Below are positions 40,924-49,300 of a stretch of DNA of 64,000 nucleotides, piece after piece. The notes under the pieces were generated by a model. The model searched no databases, was not told where the DNA came from, and was given only the letters and a program-made list of their open reading frames with translations. The stretch covers positions 797-64,796 of the forward strand of contig CAYYRJ010000013.1 of NCBI GenBank assembly GCA_964474085.1, read 5' to 3'. The position numbers and the translations under genes are program-made. The first letter of the stretch is position 1; the number at the start of each line of letters is the position of its first letter. The DNA is from an uncultured Planctomycetales bacterium. GTDB lineage: Bacteria > Omnitrophota > Gorgyraeia > Zapsychrales > JANLHA01.

Positions 40924-43704
40924 ATGTTTTTCAGAAAAATAATCAGCAGTTTTATTGTGTTGACGTTTTTGACGTCGCTTGTCGTCGTTCCGGCAGGGGG
41001 CCAGGTTTTTCTGGATGTCGCAACGTCCATTAACGCAAATGCTGGGTATCAGCCCCCCGTACTTTTAGGACTTAAAATCCATCCCGAAAATCCGCTTTTG
41101 TTTGATTTTATCGTCGACCAAGGGCAATCGAAACTTTCGACAGACGAACTAAAAGAGGAAACAACTAAGCTCGTCAAATATTTTCTCGCGGCGTTAACCA
41201 TTCCGGACAAAGAAGTTTGGGTCAACCTTTCGCCGACCGAAAAAGATCGAATTATTCCTGATGTTTTGGGCCAGACGACGATGGGCAAAACGATGCTTGA
41301 GCAGGATTATGTTTTAAAGCAATTGGCCGCCTCGCTCACCAATCCCGAAACGGATTTGGGGAAGAAATATTGGGAGCAGGTTAATGGGGCAAGGACGCTA
41401 GACGTTAGACGTTGGACGTTGGAAAAAACACCCAGCGTCCAGCCTCCAGCGACCAGCGATTTTAACAAGGTTTGGATCATGCCGGAAAAGGCCGAAGTTT
41501 TGGAAAGTAACGGGATTGTTTTGGTTGGCGAAAAGCGGTTGAAGGTGATGCTGGATGAGGAATATCAAGCCGTAGGGGCGTATTGCAATACGCCCCTACA
41601 GAAAAATGTTATTTCCTCCCAAATTTTCCGCACCACCATCCTTCCAACCATCGAAAAGGCCGTCAATGAAGGCAAAGAATTTGCCGACGTGCGTCAGATT
41701 TACAATTCCGTTATCCTCGCCGCATGGTACAAAAAGGCTTTAAAAGAAAGTTTGCTGGGCAAGATTTATACTGACAAAGGCAAAGTTGCCGGTGTTGAAA
41801 CCGACGACAAAACGATGAAACAACGCATTTATGAGCAATATTTAGCCGCCTTTAAAAAAGGCGCGTACAACCTGATAAAAGAAGAAGCCGACGAAAATGG
41901 TGATCTAATTCCGAGGAAATATTTTAGTGGGGGAATTGAGATTGCTGCATTTGGCGATGGGGCCAGGTCTTCATTGACAGAAAGAACCGTTTCATTACGA
42001 CAAGTAGAAGGGAGGATTGAAGGGATTAGTTCCAGCGTCGCTGTGACGGTCCAATTAGCCGCTACTAAAGATGAGTCTGGCGTGGTTTCCAGTGCCGCAA
42101 CGCAAGGAGAAGATGTTATTTTCGCCGCCGCCTCAAACTCTCTTCGACAAGATCCCAGCAGAAAAGTCAGTTATGGAAATACAAAATACCATTTGAGCAC
42201 AGTTATTAAAATTTTAGAAGAACTTGTTAATTATTGGGATGGTCAAGAGGATAATCCTGATAAATTTGCTACTCATGGCGTGCACGGCAAAATAATCACG
42301 AGTGTTCAACTGCTCTCTGCTCCCGGCGTTACTTTTTCGCTTGATGATATCCGTTTTAAATCCATATTTTTGGATAATTTAGTTAAACAGTTGAAAGTTC
42401 AAAATATCAAACGTCTTGACCCGATTAGGCTCTTTCAAGTTTGGGTTTCTCAAGATTTCAAATTAAATTTTGCTATTTCTAATTCTCAGAGAGTTAAAAA
42501 TATTACCATCGAGGATGCTAGGGCGATTTTTTTTAGAGACCTTTTACCGCTTATTAGGGATGAACTTCAAAAGTATTCGGACAATGCTGACCCCCAGCAA
42601 GCCTATTGGAGGACTGTTTCGGAAAGGACATCGGTTTTACTCAGTGGCCCTGTACAAAGAATCCAAGCAGTTTTGGATGCAAGCTATGATAAATTTCATC
42701 AAACAGGACACTTTCATGATTTAAACGCAATTTTATCGGATCCCTCCAGGGGCAGGTTGCGAGAAAGCTTTTCGAATATCCAAAATGTTATCGCCGAGGT
42801 TTTGGGTGACACTCAGAGTTTTGCATCCCAAAAAGCAGTGTTAGTGGGACAGCAAACCTATCCTCAGACAGAGAAAGCGGCCTATGTCAACGAAAGTTTT
42901 ATTCACGCAACACTTGTGAGTGATATTTTTTCAAGTTGGAAACAGAATGTGCGATTTCGAGAAAAACTAGCTTCAGAAACTTCACGAGTAGAAAAGCCAC
43001 TTGTTCAGGTCAAAGGTGTCCATCTGATGCCTGATTTAAGTGTTGCTTTTGAATTACAGGAAGTCAGGTGGAGACAGAACTCGAATGTTTTGAAAACCGT
43101 TAAAGAAACAGCAGCCCAACTAGCAGAAGATAACGGCCAAGCGCCTCGATATTTTCCAGACACGCTTGCCGCAACTGTTGCATATTTGTTTGGAAATGAT
43201 ATCAGTCGCAGCCAGCTTTTAGAACTTAATAGTCGTTTTAGTGAAATTAATATTCAATTGCAAAAAGATCCGATTACGTTTTTTATTGACGAAATGCAGT
43301 TGCAAAGCGGAACAAAAAAAGGATTTGTGGTTACTCGCAGTAAAACGCTCAAATTTTCCGCTTCGAGCGGGGTTGATGACAAGGTGAATGTTGCCTCAGC
43401 GCCCGTCGGAGGGCTTGACCGCCAAGTCGGCGGTATCGACTTTGACCCGACGAGCATGAATTTGCAAATTAAGCGCGACGGACGTGGTGTGCCGCTGCCA
43501 TTGCCGCAACAGAATTTGGAACAGATCAATATTCAGGGCTTGTTTCCCGTTATCATCAACATTACACCAATCAATGCGCAGACTTTGCCGATCTTTTTAG
43601 GGTTTACCCGCCCAAATTCTGGCGGTGGGCAGTCCTTTGAATCTTTTGGCGGGCAAGTGCCCAAAGAACCGGCCAAGGAAATTGAACAAGTCGCGGGGAC
43701 CTGA
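40924..43704 (+). CDS. large secreted protein A (926 aa). Its N-terminal ~400 aa domain is paralogous to protein B. Function unknown.
   Basis: Signal peptide at MFFRKIISSFIVLTFLTSLVVVPAGG. The N-terminal domain aligns with ORF 46345-50502 (WVNLSP...DRIIP; KVWI(M/V)P(E/D)KA). Contains an in-frame REP and an in-frame heptad-repeat hairpin. The ORF-track start 40675 is probably upstream junk. Confidence 0.7.
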   Translation: MFFRKIISSFIVLTFLTSLVVVPAGGQVFLDVATSINANAGYQPPVLLGLKIHPENPLLFDFIVDQGQSKLSTDELKEETTKLVKYFLAALTIPDKEVWVNLSPTEKDRIIPDVLGQTTMGKTMLEQDYVLKQLAASLTNPETDLGKKYWEQVNGARTLDVRRWTLEKTPSVQPPATSDFNKVWIMPEKAEVLESNGIVLVGEKRLKVMLDEEYQAVGAYCNTPLQKNVISSQIFRTTILPTIEKAVNEGKEFADVRQIYNSVILAAWYKKALKESLLGKIYTDKGKVAGVETDDKTMKQRIYEQYLAAFKKGAYNLIKEEADENGDLIPRKYFSGGIEIAAFGDGARSSLTERTVSLRQVEGRIEGISSSVAVTVQLAATKDESGVVSSAATQGEDVIFAAASNSLRQDPSRKVSYGNTKYHLSTVIKILEELVNYWDGQEDNPDKFATHGVHGKIITSVQLLSAPGVTFSLDDIRFKSIFLDNLVKQLKVQNIKRLDPIRLFQVWVSQDFKLNFAISNSQRVKNITIEDARAIFFRDLLPLIRDELQKYSDNADPQQAYWRTVSERTSVLLSGPVQRIQAVLDASYDKFHQTGHFHDLNAILSDPSRGRLRESFSNIQNVIAEVLGDTQSFASQKAVLVGQQTYPQTEKAAYVNESFIHATLVSDIFSSWKQNVRFREKLASETSRVEKPLVQVKGVHLMPDLSVAFELQEVRWRQNSNVLKTVKETAAQLAEDNGQAPRYFPDTLAATVAYLFGNDISRSQLLELNSRFSEINIQLQKDPITFFIDEMQLQSGTKKGFVVTRSKTLKFSASSGVDDKVNVASAPVGGLDRQVGGIDFDPTSMNLQIKRDGRGVPLPLPQQNLEQINIQGLFPVIINITPINAQTLPIFLGFTRPNSGGGQSFESFGGQVPKEPAKEIEQVAGT
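41402..41469. repeat. heptad minisatellite arranged as an inverted pair (long hairpin), in-frame inside the protein A gene
   Basis: aaggacg ctagacg ttagacg ttggacg ttgg, then aaaaaacaccc, then cagcgtc cagcctc cagcgac cagcg. Encodes GARTLDVRRWTLEKTPSVQPPATS. Confidence 0.6.
41572..41599. repeat. REP element embedded in-frame in the protein A gene
   Basis: gtaggggcgtattgcaatacgcccctac, encoding VGAYCNTPL. Confidence 0.8.
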
Positions 43705-43725
43705 GATTTTTCGGTCCGTGTGCCC

Positions 43726-43754
43726 TTGTTTCTCAAAAAGGTATGTGGTATGGT
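43726..43754 (+). promoter_or_regulatory. candidate promoter for the structured RNA below
   Basis: TTGTTT, then a 17-nt spacer, then TATGGT. Weak match. Confidence 0.25.
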
Positions 43755-43760
43755 TTGACT

Positions 43761-44029
43761 AAGCCGATAAAGGCAAACCCGTCGAAAGGCGGGGACGTCC
43801 CGTGAAAGGGATCGCGCGACCTTGATCTGTGGATCGCGCGGCAAAGCTCCAGACCTACATTGTCTTCAAACCGGAAAGGCCCGTGAAGTTGTGGGCAACG
43901 TGTAGACACGGTGAAGGTGATGGGACAATACGGTGGCTGAGTTGCCGAAGGGGAACCGGCGCTCTGCGTTTCGTGCCGGCTTTATCGGCCCCCTCTCTTT
44001 CACCCTTAAATGTTTAAGGGTTTTTTTAT
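43761..44029 (+). ncRNA. candidate structured RNA (about 270 nt) of unknown class, ending in an intrinsic terminator
   Basis: GC-rich non-coding stretch. Long-range pairing between aagccgataaagg (5') and ccggctttatcggcc (3'). Ends with the terminator hairpin cccttaa-atgt-ttaaggg followed by T7. No credible ORF. Confidence 0.3.
44003..44029 (+). terminator. rho-independent terminator
   Basis: 7-bp GC-containing stem cccttaa/ttaaggg, atgt loop, followed by ttttttt. Confidence 0.6.
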
Positions 44030-44062
44030 TCTTAGGCAAATTTCCTTCAAATCTTATTCGTA

Positions 44063-44071
44063 TGTTATAAT
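44063..44071 (+). promoter_or_regulatory. extended -10 element (TGtTATAAT) 7 nt upstream of the zinc-ribbon gene ATG; possible leaderless transcript
   Basis: tgttataat at 44063-44071, with the ATG at 44079. Confidence 0.35.
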
Positions 44072-44078
44072 ATCGCCC

Positions 44079-44381
44079 ATGTCCGAAAAATTATTACGGG
44101 TTTACAAGCCGTTTGATTTGCACAAAGTCAAAGAGCATCTTTTGATTTACGGGGACTTGTCCGGCCAATGCGCGTATTGCCAAAATATGGATGTTAAGTT
44201 GGATATGGTCTCGTGCCCAAATTGCCGCACGGATTTTCGCTACGTGGCTTTTCGCCATGTTCATCATCATATGCCCAAAATTCTAAACATCAGCGCCACT
44301 CGCCATGATTTAACGATCATCGATTACGACGATTACAGCCGTAGCTTAGGCGCCAAAAAAGCAGAGGATTTTTTCAAATGA
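44079..44381 (+). CDS. small zinc-ribbon protein, unknown function
   Basis: CAYC...CPNC Cys4 motif. The ATG lies 7 nt after an extended -10 box. Confidence 0.5.
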   Translation: MSEKLLRVYKPFDLHKVKEHLLIYGDLSGQCAYCQNMDVKLDMVSCPNCRTDFRYVAFRHVHHHMPKILNISATRHDLTIIDYDDYSRSLGAKKAEDFFK

Positions 44382-45517
44382 TCAACGATCAACGTCTTAT
44401 TTCTTTAACCCAAAAAGTGATTAGTTTTAATAGCGAAAACCCGCCGGGCAATGAATTGGCTTTGGCGAATTTTATCGAAGAGGATATGCGCTCTTTGGGG
44501 ATTGAAGTTAAAATTCATACTTTTGAAAAGAACCGGCCCAATATCGTTGCGACCTTAAAGGGGACAGGTCACAACGCGGCTAAGAATTCGGTTTTGCTCA
44601 CCCCCCATTTTGATACGGTTCCCATCGGGGGAGGATGGAAGTTTGATCCGTTAGGCGGCCAGATCAAGGCCGGAAAAATTTATGGCCGCGGGGCAAGTGA
44701 TGATAAAGGAAATTTGGCTTGCTGTATGGAAGTGATGCGCAGTTTGGTTGAGGATAAGGTGAGTCTCCAAAACGATGTGATTATGGCTGCCACCGTCGAT
44801 GAAGAAACAGGTAGCAAGGCCGGGATTATTCCGCTTTTGGATAAGAAAATTTTAAAGCCGGGGTTTGGATTGATTGTTGACTCAGACGAATTTTATACGA
44901 TCATCGCCCAAAAAGGTTTGCTGCATACGCGCATTCAGATTTTTGGCAAGAAAGCGCATGGGGCCTACAATTGGCGGGGGGTCAATGCCATTGAGCAGGC
45001 GGCAGAGGTGATACGGCTTTTAAAGGCGCATCAATTTAAATTTAAAAAGCATGCTCTTTTGCATCCGCCGACGATGAATATCGGCACGATTCGAGGAGGC
45101 GACAAGGTCAATATGGTCGCAGATTTTTGCGAGTTTTCGCTAGACACACGCTTTCTGCCGGGGATGAAATCGTCGGAGGTTTTAGCTCAGATCAAGGCTA
45201 TCGTCAAAAAAGTGACGCCCAAATTTAAAATTATTATCGACGATTTACAGCAGCCTTATGAAATTGCCGGGGAGCATCCGTTTGTAAAAACTTATGTGGA
45301 TACGGCCAAGAAAATGAAAATCCCCGCGCAGGTTAAGGCCAGCGAAGGAGCCACGGTGATTACGTTTTTTAAGAAACACGGAATTCCTGCTTTTGCGACC
45401 GGTTATGGCGCTAAAGGTACGGCGCACACGACCGACGAATACGCCAAGGTTAAGACGCTCGTTAAAGGGGCGAAATTGATGGAAAGGTTTATTAAAGAAT
45501 TTGATCAAAGGGGTTAG
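44378..45517 (+). CDS. M20-family metallopeptidase (ArgE/DapE-like)
   Basis: HFDTVP and GRGASDDKG metal-binding motifs. 379 aa. Confidence 0.85.
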   Translation: MINDQRLISLTQKVISFNSENPPGNELALANFIEEDMRSLGIEVKIHTFEKNRPNIVATLKGTGHNAAKNSVLLTPHFDTVPIGGGWKFDPLGGQIKAGKIYGRGASDDKGNLACCMEVMRSLVEDKVSLQNDVIMAATVDEETGSKAGIIPLLDKKILKPGFGLIVDSDEFYTIIAQKGLLHTRIQIFGKKAHGAYNWRGVNAIEQAAEVIRLLKAHQFKFKKHALLHPPTMNIGTIRGGDKVNMVADFCEFSLDTRFLPGMKSSEVLAQIKAIVKKVTPKFKIIIDDLQQPYEIAGEHPFVKTYVDTAKKMKIPAQVKASEGATVITFFKKHGIPAFATGYGAKGTAHTTDEYAKVKTLVKGAKLMERFIKEFDQRG

Positions 45518-45531
45518 GGGTTGGGGGTTGG
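45510..45531 (+). other. G-rich tract (GGGG-TTA-GGGG-TT-GGGGG-TT-GG) containing the M20 peptidase stop codon
   Basis: Three G4 or longer runs plus a GG. Weaker quadruplex potential than the tract at 39911. Confidence 0.4.
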
Positions 45532-45566
45532 ACGCTGGAGGATGGACGCTAGACGTTAGACGCTGG
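45528..45566. repeat. heptad minisatellite (YTRGACG)n following a GGGGTTAGGGG tract
   Basis: ttggacg ctggagg atggacg ctagacg ttagacg ctgg. Confidence 0.6.
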
Positions 45567-45587
45567 TTAAAGATAAAGAAGAAAAAG

Positions 45588-46334
45588 ATGAAAAAAGAAT
45601 TATTTTATCGAGCCTTGTTAAGTTTGATCATTAGTGTCACATTTTGTCCGATGGCAAGGGCGGCTAATGATGTCAATGACTTTGTCGGCGAGAAAATTAC
45701 CTATTCGATCAAGCAAATGGGCTTTAAGGCCGGCGAGGCGGTTTTAAGTTTTGAAGGCGCTGCGACCCGTGAAAATAAAGATTTTATGCTCATTGTTTTT
45801 AAAGCCAGTGGCATGAATTTTATGGATTCGGAAAAGATTTATGCGGATCCCCAAACGCTTTTTCCGCAAATTGTTGAGCGCGACCTTAATATTTTTGGCA
45901 AGAAAGAGCAGATTGTCGAATACTATGAGCCGCAAAACGGCAAAGTTCGCGTGGTCAAAACAGCGTCGGGAAAGACCACCGAACAGGTGATTACAAAAAA
46001 AGGGGAGCTGGACAATATTTACTGTTTTATTTACCGTTATCGGCGTGACGCTGATTTTAAGATGGGAGAGAGTTTGGCCATCAATCTTCCCACGATGGAT
46101 TTGCGGATTAAGCTGACAGAAAAAGTTGATGTTGCCGCTGGCGGCAAGAATTATCAGGCCTTTTTTATGCAAAGCACTCCGTCAAAATATAAATTGTGGT
46201 TTGATGTCAGCCGGCAAAAGATTCCGCTTCGCATCGACGGCGCTGTCGGTGTAGGCAGCACGACGATGACAATGAAAAGCTACGAAACTAAAAGCGCAGT
46301 CGCGTTTTTGGCCAATGAAGTTTTTAAAAAATAA
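45588..46334 (+). CDS. secreted hypothetical protein (possibly DUF3108-like)
   Basis: Signal peptide MKKELFYRALLSLIISVTFCPMARA. Start set at ATG 45588. Family assignment is tentative. Confidence 0.5.
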   Translation: MKKELFYRALLSLIISVTFCPMARAANDVNDFVGEKITYSIKQMGFKAGEAVLSFEGAATRENKDFMLIVFKASGMNFMDSEKIYADPQTLFPQIVERDLNIFGKKEQIVEYYEPQNGKVRVVKTASGKTTEQVITKKGELDNIYCFIYRYRRDADFKMGESLAINLPTMDLRIKLTEKVDVAAGGKNYQAFFMQSTPSKYKLWFDVSRQKIPLRIDGAVGVGSTTMTMKSYETKSAVAFLANEVFKK

Positions 46335-46344
46335 ACCCGAATAA

Positions 46345-49300
46345 ATGGATATGAAAAAAAAGATCAGCATTTTTATGCTGGCTGTGTTTATGGTGCAGAC
46401 CGTCGTCCCGACGTGTTTTGCGCAAATGGCGCTTGAAAGCCGTCTTTTGCCTACGTCGATGGGGGTGCTTAGCAACCATTTTCAACCGCCGGTTTTAAGT
46501 GCGATTAAGATAGACGCAGCTGATCCGTTTCATTTGGAATTTGTTATTGATCCTGGAACTTCGACGGGAAACGGTGAAGAACTCAAAGGGGAGACGACGC
46601 GGCTTGTTAATTATTTTTTGGCGGCCTTAACATTACCAGAGAAGGACTTGTGGGTTAATTTGTCACCGTATGAGGTGGATCGAATTATTCCTGCTGAATT
46701 TGGGACAACTCAGATGGGCCGCGATCTTTTGGCGCAGGATTATTTGTTAAAACAGATAACGGCTTCTTTGATGGTTCCCACCGGGGACGTTGGCAAAAAG
46801 TTTTGGGATGAAATTAATCGTCAGGTGAGGGCGAAATACGGGCAAGTCGAGATTTCGGTAAACACATTAAATAAAGTGTGGATTGTGCCGGATAAGGCTC
46901 AGATTATTCAGGAGAGAGGCGTTGCTTTTGTCAGTGAGAGCCGTTTAAAAGTTTTATTAGAGTCGGATTATTTGGCGTTTGAAAAAAATGCTCTGCGAGA
47001 AGTCGATAGCCGCAAAGAGGATGTAAAGCAGAAGTCTCTTAACGATCAGGAAAAGACCAAAGAAATTCTTCGAGAAATTGTCCTTCCTGTTCTTGAAAAG
47101 GAAGTTAATGAAGGGCGTAATTTTGCACCTTTGCGTCAAGTGTATCATTCGCTTATTCTCGCGGCATGGTATAAACAAAAAATTAAAAGCGGCCTGCTGG
47201 CAGCGGTTTATGTTGATCAAAAAAAAGTTGCCGGAATTGATAGTGTTGATCCGCAAATGGCTCAGGGAATATGGGCGCAATACGAAGAATTGTTTCGAAA
47301 AGGGGTTTATAACTCTGTCAGAGAAGAGTTGGACCCGGTTTCGCAAGAAATGATTCCGCGCAAGTATTTTATGGGAGGTTTTGGCTTTACTGCTATTGAT
47401 AAGGCGCTTGTTACATCGTCGGGGATTACGTCTGTTCATCGAACATTTGCGGGAATTCTTGCCGGGGTGCAGCTTTTGTCTGCCCTGCCGTCTTTGAGCT
47501 ATGCACAAGATGCCGCAAATACCGATGCGGCAGTTAACCCGGGCCTTGTTATTGAAAAAGTTCCTGCGGCTGACCCGCGATCAGCGTTTGAGCAACAGAG
47601 AAAAGATTATTGGCTTAACGTTGCGCAGTCTGACTCGGATCGCGTTTTTTCTCGCGCCGTTGAGTTTATGGACGAACCGTTTGCAATTGAAATTCTTAAA
47701 GAAGCGGTTAGAAGTGAAAATACTTTGTCCCTTCAGGGAGGCGTTTTTCGTGATGCTTACCGTTATTTGGAATATGAAAAGGGGTGGGAATTTTTTGAGT
47801 GGTTGGCAAAAAATTATGATCGAGCGGGGTTTGTATTGGCCTCACCTGATTTTGCTAAGATAAAATCTCCCGAGCGTGTTCTGGAAATTGTTGCCAGGTT
47901 TTCGTCGGTAGAACTTTTGAATTTTATGAGTAATACGGAGAGTATGTTGAGAAATGAAGAGATGATTCGCCAGATGATAGACAAATCATCGTCGCAGAGG
48001 CTGCGTTTGATAAAGCAGATATCACAGTTGCCGTTAAAGTGGCCAGAAATAAAGTTGATGGCAGCGCTTATTCCAATGATTTTAAACAATGAAATATCAG
48101 TTTTGCAGGCGCAAGAATTGACAGGGGACGTAGACCGGTATATGAAAACTTTGTTTTCGATGTTAAAAAACCCAGCGTATGCCAGTGATCGCGATGCCAT
48201 TATTTTTCGGCTTATTGATTCATATTTTTTGTCTCTTTATTTTTATGGCACGATTTATCCCGCAAAATGGGAGCCGGCCGCTATTGACGCTTACTTGGAA
48301 AATTTTTCGACGCAGGACTTGTATTACTCGTGGGTTGGTTTGGTGCCGGGTGAACTTTATAATACCGTATTTTCCAAGATGATTGAAAAGTTAAAAGCAG
48401 ATTCAGTGAATTTTTATGATCTCCCCGAAAGTTTATTTTTTCGTGTCAATGAATCAATTTTAAACACCACAGATATGCAGAAAAAAGATTTGATGTCGGT
48501 GCTGAGTGTTAGTGATCAATTTAGATTGGTTGATCAACTTTTGAACAGATTCGAGCGGGCGCGCGCAAACAAGAACAGTTCAGTCGAGCTTTTTAAAGCT
48601 GTTTCTGTTTTTTTAGCTGAAATTAACGCGCAGGGATTTCAACCTCAAGGTCGGGAAGCAGTCGAGTTTAACCGCCTTACCGTTAAACATCAAGCGCTTC
48701 TAAACGCTTTTTTAGTTGAGATTGGAAAAGACCCGCAAGCGTTTATTGGGGAATTTAGACGAGTAAAGGACCCGGGTGTATTTGCAAAAGATCCAATCGT
48801 AAAGGTTTTTTCTAAGATTAATAATTTTTCTTTTTCGGGGATGTTAAATTTTAACCAGCAAACTATCTCAACCGATAAACTCCGGCTGGATATGGTTCTC
48901 TTATTAGATGATTTGCTTAAGGAGCGTTTGACCGTAAAAGACGCGGCCGGGATTGTTTTAGACAAAGGTCGTTTTCTTCGTCAATTAAATGACATTGCGT
49001 CCCGCTCTGCGCATTTTGCGGAAACGGGAATCAATAAACGTTTAGGTGAAATTTATATGGAGCTTATCCGCAATATTAATAATTTGCACGAATCACCCGA
49101 CGCTATAAGGTTTAAATCAGTCGAGTCGTTTTCTTCAGAATATCTTTATCGCGTTATGGTTTATGGAGAAGATGAAGTTGTCTATACAACTACTTTTAAT
49201 GGGCTGTTTAACCGTTTTTTGAAGGCTGTCGATGCGGAAGGTATTTCTTTGGATGTTGTTTTGGATAGAGTAAAAGATTTTAAATTTAGAAATTTTTTCA

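Noticed and set aside
43761-44029. Calling the structured region RNase P RNA or a glycine riboswitch
   Set aside because: Only the 3' end (CCGGCTTTATCGG...TTTCACC) resembles RNase P CR-V/P1. The P4/CR-I and CR-II/III blocks are not recognisable, and the element is about 100 nt too short. The CCGAAGGGGAAC motif resembles, but does not match, the glycine-aptamer CCGAAGGRGCAA core, and the GGAGAG and CTCAGGCAAAAGGAC elements are absent.
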